The translations under genes and the position numbers were made by a program. The notes below the pieces were generated by a model. The model had not been told where the DNA came from and searched no databases. It was given only the letters and a program-made list of their open reading frames with translations. This document shows positions 51,449 to 61,547 of a DNA stretch of 64,000 nt, in pieces. Origin of the DNA: Desulfobacteraceae bacterium (GTDB lineage: Bacteria > Desulfobacterota > Desulfobacteria > Desulfobacterales > SURF-7). Each line of letters begins with the position of its first letter. Positions within the stretch are counted from its first letter, which is position 1. The stretch covers positions 3,484 through 67,483 of the forward strand of contig QZKS01000093.1 of NCBI GenBank assembly GCA_003599865.1, given 5' to 3'.

Positions 51449-52051
51449 TTATTCACCCCATTGTTTTACAAGATGATGTTCGATGCCGAGATGATCCAGT
51501 ATCCTGGCAACAACGGTATCCACCAGTTCATGAACGGACTGCGGCTGGAAATAGAAAGACGGCGAGGCCGGCATGATGACGGCACCGGCTTCCGCCACCC
51601 GCTGCATGTTTTTCAGATGAATCAGGCTCAGCGGTGTTTCCCGGGGAACCAGAATCAGGGGCCGCCTTTCCTTCAGGCAGACATCCGCCGAACGGTGAAT
51701 CAGGTTTCCCGATATCCCGGCGGCGATGCTTCCCATTGTTTTCATGGAGCAGGGGACAACCGCCATTCCATTGTGGTGAAAAGATCCGCTGGCCGGTTGC
51801 GCAAAAAGGTTATCCGGTTCGTATTGTTCCAACACGGCATCCGGATGAATCTGCACACCTTCTTTCCGGAGAAAGCGGATCATGGGTGCGGTATAGTCTG
51901 TTTCGTGCCGCATGACGGCCTCCCCTGCAGAAGAGATGATGAGCCTGACATCAATCGGCCTTTCCAAGAGGGACTTGAGAAGCCGGATGCCGTAAATGCT
52001 TCCCGAGGCACCGCAGATCGCTACAATTATTTTTGGTTTCATCGTGGTCAC
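51449..52051 (-). CDS. ubiX: Flavin prenyltransferase UbiX
   Basis: IIVAICGASGSIYGIRLL, VVPCSMKTMGSIAAGISGNLIHRSADVCLKERRPLILVPRETPL. Confidence 0.9.
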   Translation of the reverse strand: MTTMKPKIIVAICGASGSIYGIRLLKSLLERPIDVRLIISSAGEAVMRHETDYTAPMIRFLRKEGVQIHPDAVLEQYEPDNLFAQPASGSFHHNGMAVVPCSMKTMGSIAAGISGNLIHRSADVCLKERRPLILVPRETPLSLIHLKNMQRVAEAGAVIMPASPSFYFQPQSVHELVDTVVARILDHLGIEHHLVKQWGE

Positions 52052-52947
52052 CTGATCAGACGATCGGCCAGAATACCGATCAAAAGGATTACGGAAATGA
52101 TGCTGTTCATATGAAAAAAGGCAATATTGATGTTGCTGAGATCCTTTGGATGGATCAGCTGATGTTCAATGAAAAAAAGAATGGCGATGATCAGGACCGT
52201 GAACAGGTAAGCCGCACCTAGATGAAAGACGGGATAGAGAAGGAGAAGAAAGAGTACGGACAGGACATGAAGAAGCTTTGCCAGAAAAAGGGAGGTTTCG
52301 ATCCCAAAGTTTGCGGGAATGGAAAACAGGCCGGCGGTTTTATCAAATTGGATGTCCTGGCATGCATACAGGATATCAAAACCGGCAATGTATGTCATCA
52401 GTCCGAGGGAAAGCAGAAAAATGCCGGGCGCCATGCTTCCGGTAACCGCGATCCAGGCGCCAAGCGGTGCCAGGGATATGGCGAAACCAAGGTAGAGGTG
52501 GCAGAGCCAGGTGAATCGTTTGGCGTAGGAATAGAAAAACAGGATGCACAATACCGGAAACGAAAGATACAAACAGATTTTCCCGAGAAAGGCGGATGCC
52601 AGGATAAATACAAGGGAAAACAGAAGAACAAAAACAATGGCCGATGTCGGGGATATCTTTCCTTTCGGGATCTCCCGATCGGCCGTCCGGGGGTTTTGCG
52701 CATCCAGTTTTGCATCTGCAATGCGATTGAATCCCATGGCCGCAGACCGTGCCCCGATCATGGCAACCACAATCCAGAAAACACCGGACAGGGTCACCGG
52801 TTTCTCCTGGTGAGCCAGAATGACGGCGGAAAGGGCAAAGGGCAGCGCAAATATGGTATGGCTGAATTTTATCATTCTGCCGAAAACCAGTATGCGGCTT
52901 TTTTGCGGATCGTTTTGGGTGAGGCTCTGGATCATGTCGGATTTCAA
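52048..52947 (-). CDS. UbiA-family aromatic prenyltransferase (4-hydroxybenzoate polyprenyltransferase / MqnP-like)
   Basis: It has 8-9 TM helices. The Asp-rich motifs are NRIADAKLDAQNPRT and YACQDIQFD. Confidence 0.85.
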   Translation of the reverse strand: MKSDMIQSLTQNDPQKSRILVFGRMIKFSHTIFALPFALSAVILAHQEKPVTLSGVFWIVVAMIGARSAAMGFNRIADAKLDAQNPRTADREIPKGKISPTSAIVFVLLFSLVFILASAFLGKICLYLSFPVLCILFFYSYAKRFTWLCHLYLGFAISLAPLGAWIAVTGSMAPGIFLLSLGLMTYIAGFDILYACQDIQFDKTAGLFSIPANFGIETSLFLAKLLHVLSVLFLLLLYPVFHLGAAYLFTVLIIAILFFIEHQLIHPKDLSNINIAFFHMNSIISVILLIGILADRLIR

Positions 52948-52949
52948 TG

Positions 52950-53963
52950 TTACAGGTCAATTCCATCAATGGTTGTCCGGCAGTACGGGCATTGGCTGTT
53001 TTTGATTTGATAGTCGTGAATATGATAGCCATGACGCCGGATCAGGATTTTGCCGCATTGGTAGCATAGTGTGTTTTCGCCGGAGTCTCCATGAATATTT
53101 CCGGAATAGACATATCGCAGCCCGGCATCCAGGCCGATCTGCCTTGCCTGCATGATGGCATTGACGCTGGTGATGTCGCGGTCCGTCATTTTGTATGTGG
53201 GATGAAACCGGCTGATATGCCACGGGGTTTCAACGCCGAGATCCCCGGCGATAAAGGCTGCCAGTTGTTTGAGTTCCGAGGTGTCGTCGTTCAGGCCGGG
53301 AATGAGAAGCGTGGTGACTTCCACCAGAATGCCCAGCGCTTTCATTTTTTTTAAGGTGTTTTTGACGGGTTCCAGTTTCGCATGGCAGATCTTCCGGTAG
53401 AATTCATTGTTAAAGGCCTTCAGGTCGACATTGGCAGCATCCAGATATGGGGCGATCATGTCCAGTGCTTCCGCGGTCATGTAACCGTTTGTCACAAAAA
53501 TATTTTTCAATCCCTTTTTTTGGGCAAGCCTGGCGGTTTCAAAGGCGAATTCAAAAAACACGGTCGGTTCCGTGTAGGTGTAGGCGATGGTTTTGCATCC
53601 ATTTCGCAAAGCATCTTCGACAATGTCTTCGGGCAAAACATCATTGCCGATGATCCTTCCGTCCTGTTCCGAAGGCATCTGGGCGATTTCGGAATTCTGG
53701 CAGAACCGGCATGAAAAATTACATCCGCAGGTTGCAATGGAGTAGGACAGGGAGCCGGGGGCAAGATGAAAGATCGGTTTTTTTTCTATGGGATCAATGT
53801 TTTGAGCGACTATTTTTCCATACACAAGCGTTTCCAGCCTGCCGGAACGGTTTTCGCGGACCCCGCAGATCCCGCGCTTCCCTTTTTTGATCATGCACCG
53901 GTGGCTGCAAAGATGACAGCGGACTTCCTGATCTTCCCATTTTTCATAAAGAAATGCTTCCAT
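52950..53963 (-). CDS. AmmeMemoRadiSam-system-type radical SAM enzyme (pyruvate formate-lyase activase-like)
   Basis: VRCHLCSHRCMIKKGKRGICGVRENRSGRLETLVYGKIVAQNIDPIEKKPIFHL.PGS.SYSIATCGCNFSCRFCQNSEI. This closely follows the family consensus as I recall it. The gene lies 2 nt from ubiA. Confidence 0.75.
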   Translation of the reverse strand: MEAFLYEKWEDQEVRCHLCSHRCMIKKGKRGICGVRENRSGRLETLVYGKIVAQNIDPIEKKPIFHLAPGSLSYSIATCGCNFSCRFCQNSEIAQMPSEQDGRIIGNDVLPEDIVEDALRNGCKTIAYTYTEPTVFFEFAFETARLAQKKGLKNIFVTNGYMTAEALDMIAPYLDAANVDLKAFNNEFYRKICHAKLEPVKNTLKKMKALGILVEVTTLLIPGLNDDTSELKQLAAFIAGDLGVETPWHISRFHPTYKMTDRDITSVNAIMQARQIGLDAGLRYVYSGNIHGDSGENTLCYQCGKILIRRHGYHIHDYQIKNSQCPYCRTTIDGIDL

Positions 53964-53972
53964 AATGATGCC

Positions 53973-54767
53973 TCATTGATGTCTATCGAAAAGGGAATCA
54001 TGGGACTGCATGCTGCCGACATAACCGGTCACCGGTTTTGCGGCTGATTCGGATCGGTATCGTATGGTCAGCGGGCGTGTCCGGAATCTGGGTACCAGTG
54101 CGACCACAATACCCAAAAACGCGCCAAAGGGAAAGCGCTGGATCAGTTTTGATTTTTCAAAACGGCTTGCCAGTTTTCCATTTCCGCCGGGCAGCAGGCA
54201 AATCGTTCTCCAGGAAAACGGCACATCGCCCATGGTGGATCGTATCATCTGTTTGAGTTCCCAGACACTGAAAAATCGGGCTTTGTTATAAATGGTTTCG
54301 GTAAAGATGCCCTTGAGGCGTCTTTCAATTCCTGTAATGGCATAGCGATTCAGGGCGCCGATGAAAATACGGTCTTTGGCAACACGGCAGGCCTCTTCCA
54401 CGGCTTTTTTCGGATTGTTCACAAACTCCAGGGTTGTGAAAAGACAGGCATAGTTGAATGAATTGTCTTCAAAAGGCAGATCTTCGGCAAAACCCCGATA
54501 CAGGTTTGCCCGGTGTTGTATTTTTTTATAAGCGATATCAAGCATATAGGGTGATGGGTCGATACCGGTAGTGTCCAGGCCCATCTCGATCAGGGGGAGG
54601 AGGCTCTCACCTGTCCCGCAGCCGATATCCAGAACGCTTTCCCGTTTCAGGGGCCGCAGCATATCCATCATCAGTTGGAGTTCAAGGCCGGACATCTGTT
54701 TGTTTCGCCGGTTGCGGAACCACTGATCGTATGCGGCAGCATCGTGAAAGTCAAAAATGTATCCCAT
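53973..54767 (-). CDS. Class I SAM-dependent methyltransferase
   Basis: Motif I is VLDIGCGTGESLL, motif II-like is YACLFTTLEF, and the length is 264 aa. It is the first gene of the five-gene minus-strand operon. Confidence 0.75.
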   Translation of the reverse strand: MGYIFDFHDAAAYDQWFRNRRNKQMSGLELQLMMDMLRPLKRESVLDIGCGTGESLLPLIEMGLDTTGIDPSPYMLDIAYKKIQHRANLYRGFAEDLPFEDNSFNYACLFTTLEFVNNPKKAVEEACRVAKDRIFIGALNRYAITGIERRLKGIFTETIYNKARFFSVWELKQMIRSTMGDVPFSWRTICLLPGGNGKLASRFEKSKLIQRFPFGAFLGIVVALVPRFRTRPLTIRYRSESAAKPVTGYVGSMQSHDSLFDRHQ

Positions 54768-54819
54768 GTCTGTTCACTTAAAAAAAAAACGGATTTTTAT
54801 CAAGAAGAATCAGTATCCG

Positions 54820-56826
54820 TCATCCCATAAAGACGGCAAGATTGTCATTCCGGGCATCGGCATGCTGAATGATTACCTGGATCAGATCCCCGGGTTTCAG
54901 GGAGGTTCCGCTGGATTGGGCCATGGGGCATTCCAGCATGTATTTTGTCAGAATAATGATATATTCGTTACGGCGTCGATCCATCACAAGGGCTTCTTCC
55001 TTTTCACCGATTCTTTTTTCCAGCATGGCCAGTATCCAGAACCGGTGTCTCATGAATTGCACATGCCCGGCATTCCGCATGGGGGATTCGAGTTCCTGGA
55101 TGATCTGCCGGATCTCCTGTTCCGAATAGGGATCTTCCAGGCCGAGTATGGCGCGGACCTGCCGTTGTGTGACCAGATCGAAATACTTGCGAATCGGTGA
55201 GGTGGCGGTAACATAACCGGAAAGGCCAAGCCCGGAGTGGTGTTCCGGAACGGTTCCGATCACCAGGCGGCTCAAGAACTTCCGTTGCAGGCAGTTTTCA
55301 AAAAGCGTGGTCTCCCCATCATTTTTCAGAATCCGGTTTTTCGGGGCCGGCTGGGAACGAAAAATGGCAGGGAGCTTATGATCCGCGATGAATCCGGCCA
55401 TGAGATGATTGGCCAGGATCATCATTTCTGCAACCAGCATCCTGCCGGGTGTTTCCCGGTCGGTCCGGATGAGATCGATTTCCTTGTTGTCATTCAGAAA
55501 AACATTGATCTCCGGCAGGTTGATCTGGATGGCGCCGGCCTTTAACCGTTTTTCCCGAAAATATCCGGCAAGCTGATACAGAATTTTGATCCCTTCATCG
55601 GTTTCCGCAATCCGGTTCGCCTCTGCATAGGAAAGCTGCCTGCTGATATTGATGATGCTGGGAAGAATCTCATAATCGATTACCTCTGCAAATTTTGTCA
55701 TCCGGACCAGAATGGAGATGGCCGGCCGCTCACTCCCCGCTTTCAGACTGCACGTCTCTTCTGATAAAAGGGGATGGAGCATGGGGATTTTCAGATCCGG
55801 CATATAGATGGAGGTGCCTCTTTTCAACGCTTCGGTGTCAATGATATCCCCTTTCCGAACAACATGGCCCACATCGCTGATGTGCACCCCGATCCGGTAG
55901 CTGTCGGCATCCCGTTCAATACTCAGCGCATCATCAAAATCCAGTGTGGATTGCCCATCAATCGTAAAGATGGTCAGGTCCGTGAGATCTTTTCTGTTCT
56001 TGTCTGCGCTTGCGGCGGTTCCCTGTTTTATTTTTTGGGCGGCTTCCTCAATTGCATCCGGGAAAATGACAGGGATGTCATTTCTTAACAGTTCGATGTT
56101 TTCATGGCGATCCAGGGTTCCGGCTTGGACCAGAATATGGAAAAGCCTGCTGCCCATATCAAGATTTGCCTGGGAAAGGATTTCCTTTCCGATCGGATAT
56201 TGGGGGCTGTCCTTCCCGAAAATGAAACAGGATTTTAAAATTTCAGCATACGCTCTGTCCTGATCCGTCATGACCGGAGGAGCAGCATTTTTGATGATGC
56301 CCTTCAGCCAGTTTCCGCCTTTTTTGATGAGCTGATTGATTCGTTCCGTCTCTTTCTCCTGGGCAATGATGCTTTCAACCTGTTGTTCCGAAAAGGGAAG
56401 AAATTTGTCATGATTGAATTTAAAGTAGGTCCTGTCCTGAAAAAAGGCACGGATAACGGCGGATGTGTGATCCGGTGTGACAGGATTCTGAAAACAAAAC
56501 AGGGTCATGGTTTCCAGGTCAATCCATTCCTCTTCTGTGTTGAGAACCTCCCAAATTTCACGAATGTCGATAGCCGGAATCAGATTTTTTCTTTTTGAAG
56601 CGGTTTCCTTGAGCGATTCAACCAGTTTGGCACGATTCCAGGTCAGATTCAACCGGTCGCTGCACGTAAAGGTCAGTCGGGTGGGAGAGAGGGTTACCTC
56701 ACGGTTGTTTTCCGTTAAAAGCTTCAGGCGTTGCTTCTTGATTTCGAGTATTACAGCGCAGATGATTTTCTGGCTGTCGATAAATTCAACGATGTTTCCG
56801 GGTTCCATGGGCAGAGACAATAACAA
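54820..56826 (-). CDS. RNase II/R-family 3'-5' exoribonuclease
   Basis: The RNB domain motifs are FTIDGQSTLDFDDALSIE, GVHISDV, LLSEETCSL and the C-terminal HSGLGL..Y...TSPIRKY.DL..QRQ, followed by an S1-like tail. Confidence 0.85.
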   Translation of the reverse strand: MLLSLPMEPGNIVEFIDSQKIICAVILEIKKQRLKLLTENNREVTLSPTRLTFTCSDRLNLTWNRAKLVESLKETASKRKNLIPAIDIREIWEVLNTEEEWIDLETMTLFCFQNPVTPDHTSAVIRAFFQDRTYFKFNHDKFLPFSEQQVESIIAQEKETERINQLIKKGGNWLKGIIKNAAPPVMTDQDRAYAEILKSCFIFGKDSPQYPIGKEILSQANLDMGSRLFHILVQAGTLDRHENIELLRNDIPVIFPDAIEEAAQKIKQGTAASADKNRKDLTDLTIFTIDGQSTLDFDDALSIERDADSYRIGVHISDVGHVVRKGDIIDTEALKRGTSIYMPDLKIPMLHPLLSEETCSLKAGSERPAISILVRMTKFAEVIDYEILPSIINISRQLSYAEANRIAETDEGIKILYQLAGYFREKRLKAGAIQINLPEINVFLNDNKEIDLIRTDRETPGRMLVAEMMILANHLMAGFIADHKLPAIFRSQPAPKNRILKNDGETTLFENCLQRKFLSRLVIGTVPEHHSGLGLSGYVTATSPIRKYFDLVTQRQVRAILGLEDPYSEQEIRQIIQELESPMRNAGHVQFMRHRFWILAMLEKRIGEKEEALVMDRRRNEYIIILTKYMLECPMAQSSGTSLKPGDLIQVIIQHADARNDNLAVFMG

Positions 56827-56987
56827 TCGGTTTGGGTAAAGTCAACGGGAGGAAAGTTCGGTCAAAGCTTTCTCCCGGTTTGCCGGAAGGTAACCGGTAT
56901 ACAGGCGGGTTGACGGTCTGCACCGTCTTCCCGCCCATAATGGTTGAAAAACCGCCGGATTCAATGAGTTTTGGTTGAAGGGGCCAT

Positions 56988-58076
56988 TTATTTTTCCGTC
57001 ATGGATAACGGAATCAGGGAGGTGCCTCTTTTTTCCGCGGTCTTGATCATCAGGTCCATGCCGCTTTCCGGGGGCATCATCTGTTTCTCCTCCGGTTTGA
57101 CAACCATGGACAGGGCTTCGGCCGGGCAGGAGGTTACGCAAAGTCCGCATCCGATACACCGGTCCGTGTTGACTGTTGCGATCTGATCTCCATTCAACTG
57201 AATCGCCTGCATCTGGCAGCGTTCCATGCAGAGCTCACATCCGGTACAGCGTTCCGGATCAACGGATGCCCAATAAATGTTGGCGACCTGTTCCGCCGGT
57301 CTGGGCAGTTTGTTCAGGGCACGGAGCACGCCGCAGCAGTCTCCGCAGCAATTGCACATGCCGCCCGGGTTGATCATGTTGGCAGGCTGGTGTACGAGAC
57401 CGGCTTCTTCACATTTGTCGAGAATGGCCAGGGCTTCGTCATGGTCAATCTGTCTGGCCATCTTGTTGTCCAGGTAGTATTCCGCATGGGAGCCAAAGAC
57501 AAAGCAGACCTCAAGCGGCTTGCCGCAGCCTTTTTCCAGCAGGTTGTTCTGGGTCCGGCATATGCAGTTGGCAATGGCTATTTTATCTTTGGATTGGATG
57601 ATTGCCCGGGCATCGGAATACGGAGCCACTTTCTGGGTTGCGTCAATGGAATGGTTAACGGGTATGGTTCTCAGCGGAGGCAGAAACTCACCGAGATTGT
57701 GCAGATAGACTTCATTAAAATAGGATTCCACCATCTGGGCAAATGACTTGTCCATCCGGTTGAGCTGAAATTCAAATGAACCAATCACAAAAGGAATCGC
57801 TGCATAATAGGCGGTTCCCTGTTTCTTTTTTCGGAAGACAAGCCCCTTCTTTGCCATGGTCTCCAGCATTTCGGCGGTTTCCGCTGCATCCCGATTTGTC
57901 CGCCCGGCGACCGATACCGGATCTTCCAGTTGCATGCTCAGGTCCAGAAACAGTTCCGCCTCCGGTTCGGTATATAACTTTTTTAATATTTTCAGGTCTA
58001 CACCGGATTTTGCTTCCGGAAATCCGACGGAGTATTGATCCAGTTGTTTTCGCAGTTTCGGATAGATTGTCTCCAT
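56988..58076 (-). CDS. Iron-sulfur protein with a C-terminal 2x[4Fe-4S] ferredoxin domain and an additional Cys cluster
   Basis: CICRTQ..., CNCCGDCCGVL, CTGCELCMERCQ and CIGCGLCVTSCP. The N-terminal domain is uncharacterised. Confidence 0.65.
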   Translation of the reverse strand: METIYPKLRKQLDQYSVGFPEAKSGVDLKILKKLYTEPEAELFLDLSMQLEDPVSVAGRTNRDAAETAEMLETMAKKGLVFRKKKQGTAYYAAIPFVIGSFEFQLNRMDKSFAQMVESYFNEVYLHNLGEFLPPLRTIPVNHSIDATQKVAPYSDARAIIQSKDKIAIANCICRTQNNLLEKGCGKPLEVCFVFGSHAEYYLDNKMARQIDHDEALAILDKCEEAGLVHQPANMINPGGMCNCCGDCCGVLRALNKLPRPAEQVANIYWASVDPERCTGCELCMERCQMQAIQLNGDQIATVNTDRCIGCGLCVTSCPAEALSMVVKPEEKQMMPPESGMDLMIKTAEKRGTSLIPLSMTEK

Positions 58077-58698
58077 AATCTGATGCCCTCTCTCATGTTT
58101 GCGGGTTGATTATTTCATTTTCTCAGGAATACTCTATACACGTTTCGTATGAACAGTGCCATATCTTAATATGATATTTCTCCAAAAAATAATGATGCCG
58201 GGAAAAGGAGCATGCGGATAAACGGGCAAGGATGATTTCAGGTGATCAGTCCCGCATCCCGTTTACATAAAAAGGAGGATTTGTTTGACGGATGTATGGC
58301 GGGAATGAGCCTATGCTTCGATGTCCTCGATTCCGGGGAGAATGCACTCCCGGGATGCTGCGATGAGGCAGGCACCGATAAAATAGGTGCAGAACATGAG
58401 AGCAAGGACAAAGAGAACCAGAAAAAAGTATCCAATCATAATTGTTATCCCATTCTATAAATGTTATCGACAGCCGGTCAAACATGACGGCAGGTTGACC
58501 GTTTTGTTTTGTGGGTATCTTGACGTATAATGATTAGAATTTGATGATGGTTGTGTTTGAATTATATGAAAACAGCAGGTTTTTTTCAGGCTTCCCGGCT
58601 TGACATGTAACCTGCTTTACTTTATGATCTTATCAATTGCCTTTAGACCGGTCATCTTCCTTTTCCCAATGCAAAATCAAACCTGAGAAAGTGTTGCC

Positions 58699-61497
58699 AT
58701 GGCGTCTCTCCCGGGAGTAAGACCATTATCCTGTCCTATGCGTATTTTTTTCTATTGCCTGTTCTTTTTTTTCGGGCTTCAGGGATCACTATGGGCCGCA
58801 GAACCGCTGCGCCTGGATTTTCCCCGGAAAATGCCGATACAGAAGCATCTTGAGTACTTTGTCGATGCCGGAAATTCCATCGATATTGACAGAGTCGCTT
58901 CATCCGAGGGAGATGCGCTGTTTTCGTCAATCGGAAAGAAAAAGGGATTCGGATACTCCCGGTCTACGTTCTGGTTCCGTTTTTCAGCGACCAACCCCAC
59001 CATGAGAAACATTTCCTGGTATCTTGAACATGTCTATCCGGTGATCGATGAGATTGATTTTTATATTCCGGGTTCCTCGGGATGGAAAATATTTCAAAGC
59101 GGTGACTTCCGGCCTTTTTCCACAAGGCCAGTCAATTTCCGCACATCGGTGTTTCCTGTTGAACAGCCGCCGGGAACACAGACTTTTTATATCCGGATCA
59201 AGTCAAACGGATCCATTGCCATTCCGTTTGTCGCCTGGACAGCTTCGGCATTTGAATCGTATATCCATTCCGATAACGCATTTCACTGGATTTATTATGG
59301 GATCATGCTTTCCACGATCTTGTATAACCTGTTTATTTTCCTGTCCGTCCGGGAGATCAGTTATCTGTATCTGATTGCTTTTATCATGGGATCTTCGGTA
59401 TTTACCATGGCTCACAGCGGAATGGCCTTTCAGTATCTCTGGCCGGATTTTTGCCGGTGGGCCAATGCATGCCACCCGTTTTTCGGATTCATCGGCCTTA
59501 CGGCCAGTGTGCAGTTTACCCGATCCTTTCTGGCAACCCGGGAGACCTATCCGGGTTTTGATCGGGTATTATCCGTCTTTTTCATATTCGGCCTGTTTTT
59601 GATCTTCGCGCCTTTTTGGCTGGAGTATCATTATACGACCCAATCCATGGCCATTTACGGCACGCTTGGCGCTTTGACGATGATATACGGGGGCGTGGTC
59701 CTGTTTTTCAGAGGGGTGCGGCAATCCCGGTTTTTCCTGCTGGCCTGGACATCATGGGTATTGAGCGTCTTTTTGATGTTCATGAAATCCTTTGGGTTTT
59801 TGCCGAGCAACCTGATAACCGATTCCGGTGTGCAGGTGGGAACCGGTCTGCTGGTGATCTTTTTTTCTTTTGGATTGGCGGATAAAATCAATACCATGCA
59901 GCGGGAAAGGAAAAGGGCCCTGGAAGAAGTGCGGCAGTCTGAAAAACGGTATCGGCTGCTGGCTGAAAATGTCAAGGATGTGATCTGGACAATTGATCTG
60001 GAAACAATGAAATACACGTATCTTACTCCTTCGGTGGCAAGTTTTCGCGGGTTCACCTGTGAAGAGGCCATGAGTCTATCCATGGCGGAAACCCTGACTC
60101 CGGATTCGCAGAAACGGGTCAAAGAGACGGTGCGGAAAGAGCTGGAAACGGATCGGCTGGAAGCGTCCGATCCAAACCGCTCCCGGACGATTGAATTGGA
60201 GTATTATCATCAAAACGGATCAACGGTATGGGCCGAGGTTACGACCACTTTTTTCCGGGATGAAAACGGCAAACCGATCGGGATTACCGGTGTAACACGG
60301 GATATTACGGAAAGAAGAAGGGCGGAAGCAGAAAGAAAACGTCTGGAAATCCAGTTGCAGCAATCCCAGAAGATGGAAGCCATCGGAACATTGGCCGGCG
60401 GTATCGCTCATGATTTCAATAATATTTTATCTGCGATCATGGGGAATATCGAGATCAGCCTGGCCGGTCTGGCCGGGGATAGCAAGCTTGCTGTTCGTTT
60501 GAGGCGCGTCCTTGACGCATGCGAGCGGGCCAAGGATCTCGTATTGCAGATCCTCATGTTCAGCCGCCGGAGCGAGCAAACCCGGAAACCGGTATATATG
60601 AATTATATTGTAAAAGAGGTGCTGAAGCTGATTCGTGCATCCCTGCCGTCTACCATTAAAATTAAACAGGATATCACTCCGGATAAAAAAATTGTCCTGT
60701 CCGACTCCATCCATATCCATCAGGTGGTGATGAATCTTTGCTCCAATGCTGCGGACGCGATGAGGGAAAGCGGCGGCGTTCTGGGAATCAGACTGGATAG
60801 TATTGTGCTGAATAGAGAGGAGGCTGAAAAATACCACAGGCTTTCACCCGGTGACTATATCCGCCTGACCGTCACCGATACCGGTTATGGAATGGATCCG
60901 GCGGTTATGGAAAGGATATTCGACCCGTTCTATACAACCAAAGAACAGGGAAAAGGGACCGGGATGGGGCTTTCGCTGGTGCATGGCATTGTCACCAAAA
61001 TGGGAGGTGCGGTTCACGTGACAAGCCGGCCGGAGAAGGGTTCCGTGTTTCAGGTTTTTTTCCCCAAAGCCGGTGAGGATCTGATTGCCGATGAAGAAAA
61101 GACGGAGGATATCCCCAGCGGAAATGAACATATTCTGTTTGTCGATGATGAAATCAATATTGTGGATATGGCTCAGGAGATGCTGTCCGGTATGGGGTAT
61201 CTCGTTACCTCAACCGCAAGCAGCAGGGATGCTCAATCGATATTTGAAAAACAACCCGAAGCATTTGATCTGGTGATTACGGATCAGACCATGCCGGATC
61301 TTACGGGGATGAATCTGGCCAAAGCGATGCTGCGCACGCGATCCGATATTCCCATTATTCTTTGTACGGGTTTTGCAGATTTGATCGATCCGGAAATGTT
61401 GAAATCCATCGGAATCCGGGAATTGGTGTTAAAACCATACAGCAGAATCAGTATGGCAAGACTGATCCGCAGGGTTCTGGAACCGGCCGGGAAATGA
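58699..61497 (+). CDS. Hybrid sensor histidine kinase: 7TMR-DISM extracellular domain, 7TM, PAS, HisKA, HATPase and receiver
   Basis: A signal peptide is followed by a periplasmic domain (YSRSTFWFRF), seven hydrophobic helices and a PAS domain (RYRLLAENVKDVIWTIDL). The H-box is GGIAHDFNN. The ATPase motifs are DTGYGM and GTGMGL. The receiver is ILFVDDE...DLVITDQTMPDLTG...KP. Confidence 0.85.
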   Translation: MASLPGVRPLSCPMRIFFYCLFFFFGLQGSLWAAEPLRLDFPRKMPIQKHLEYFVDAGNSIDIDRVASSEGDALFSSIGKKKGFGYSRSTFWFRFSATNPTMRNISWYLEHVYPVIDEIDFYIPGSSGWKIFQSGDFRPFSTRPVNFRTSVFPVEQPPGTQTFYIRIKSNGSIAIPFVAWTASAFESYIHSDNAFHWIYYGIMLSTILYNLFIFLSVREISYLYLIAFIMGSSVFTMAHSGMAFQYLWPDFCRWANACHPFFGFIGLTASVQFTRSFLATRETYPGFDRVLSVFFIFGLFLIFAPFWLEYHYTTQSMAIYGTLGALTMIYGGVVLFFRGVRQSRFFLLAWTSWVLSVFLMFMKSFGFLPSNLITDSGVQVGTGLLVIFFSFGLADKINTMQRERKRALEEVRQSEKRYRLLAENVKDVIWTIDLETMKYTYLTPSVASFRGFTCEEAMSLSMAETLTPDSQKRVKETVRKELETDRLEASDPNRSRTIELEYYHQNGSTVWAEVTTTFFRDENGKPIGITGVTRDITERRRAEAERKRLEIQLQQSQKMEAIGTLAGGIAHDFNNILSAIMGNIEISLAGLAGDSKLAVRLRRVLDACERAKDLVLQILMFSRRSEQTRKPVYMNYIVKEVLKLIRASLPSTIKIKQDITPDKKIVLSDSIHIHQVVMNLCSNAADAMRESGGVLGIRLDSIVLNREEAEKYHRLSPGDYIRLTVTDTGYGMDPAVMERIFDPFYTTKEQGKGTGMGLSLVHGIVTKMGGAVHVTSRPEKGSVFQVFFPKAGEDLIADEEKTEDIPSGNEHILFVDDEINIVDMAQEMLSGMGYLVTSTASSRDAQSIFEKQPEAFDLVITDQTMPDLTGMNLAKAMLRTRSDIPIILCTGFADLIDPEMLKSIGIRELVLKPYSRISMARLIRRVLEPAGK

Positions 61498-61547
61498 CTC
61501 TGAGAAAAAACCGGCAAACGTGAGCAGGGTCCCTTCCCGGTCCCGGC

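Noticed and set aside
58242-58460. Small overlapping ORFs in the divergent intergenic region: a + strand 72-aa acidic ORF, and a minus-strand 42-aa single-TM peptide (58311..58439, MIGYFFLVLFVLALMFCTYFIGACLIAASRECILPGIEDIEA)
   Set aside because: The two are mutually exclusive and neither has a well-spaced RBS. The AAGGAGG at about 58271 is too far from the in-frame ATG. The hydrophobic peptide is plausible, but sequence alone cannot decide.
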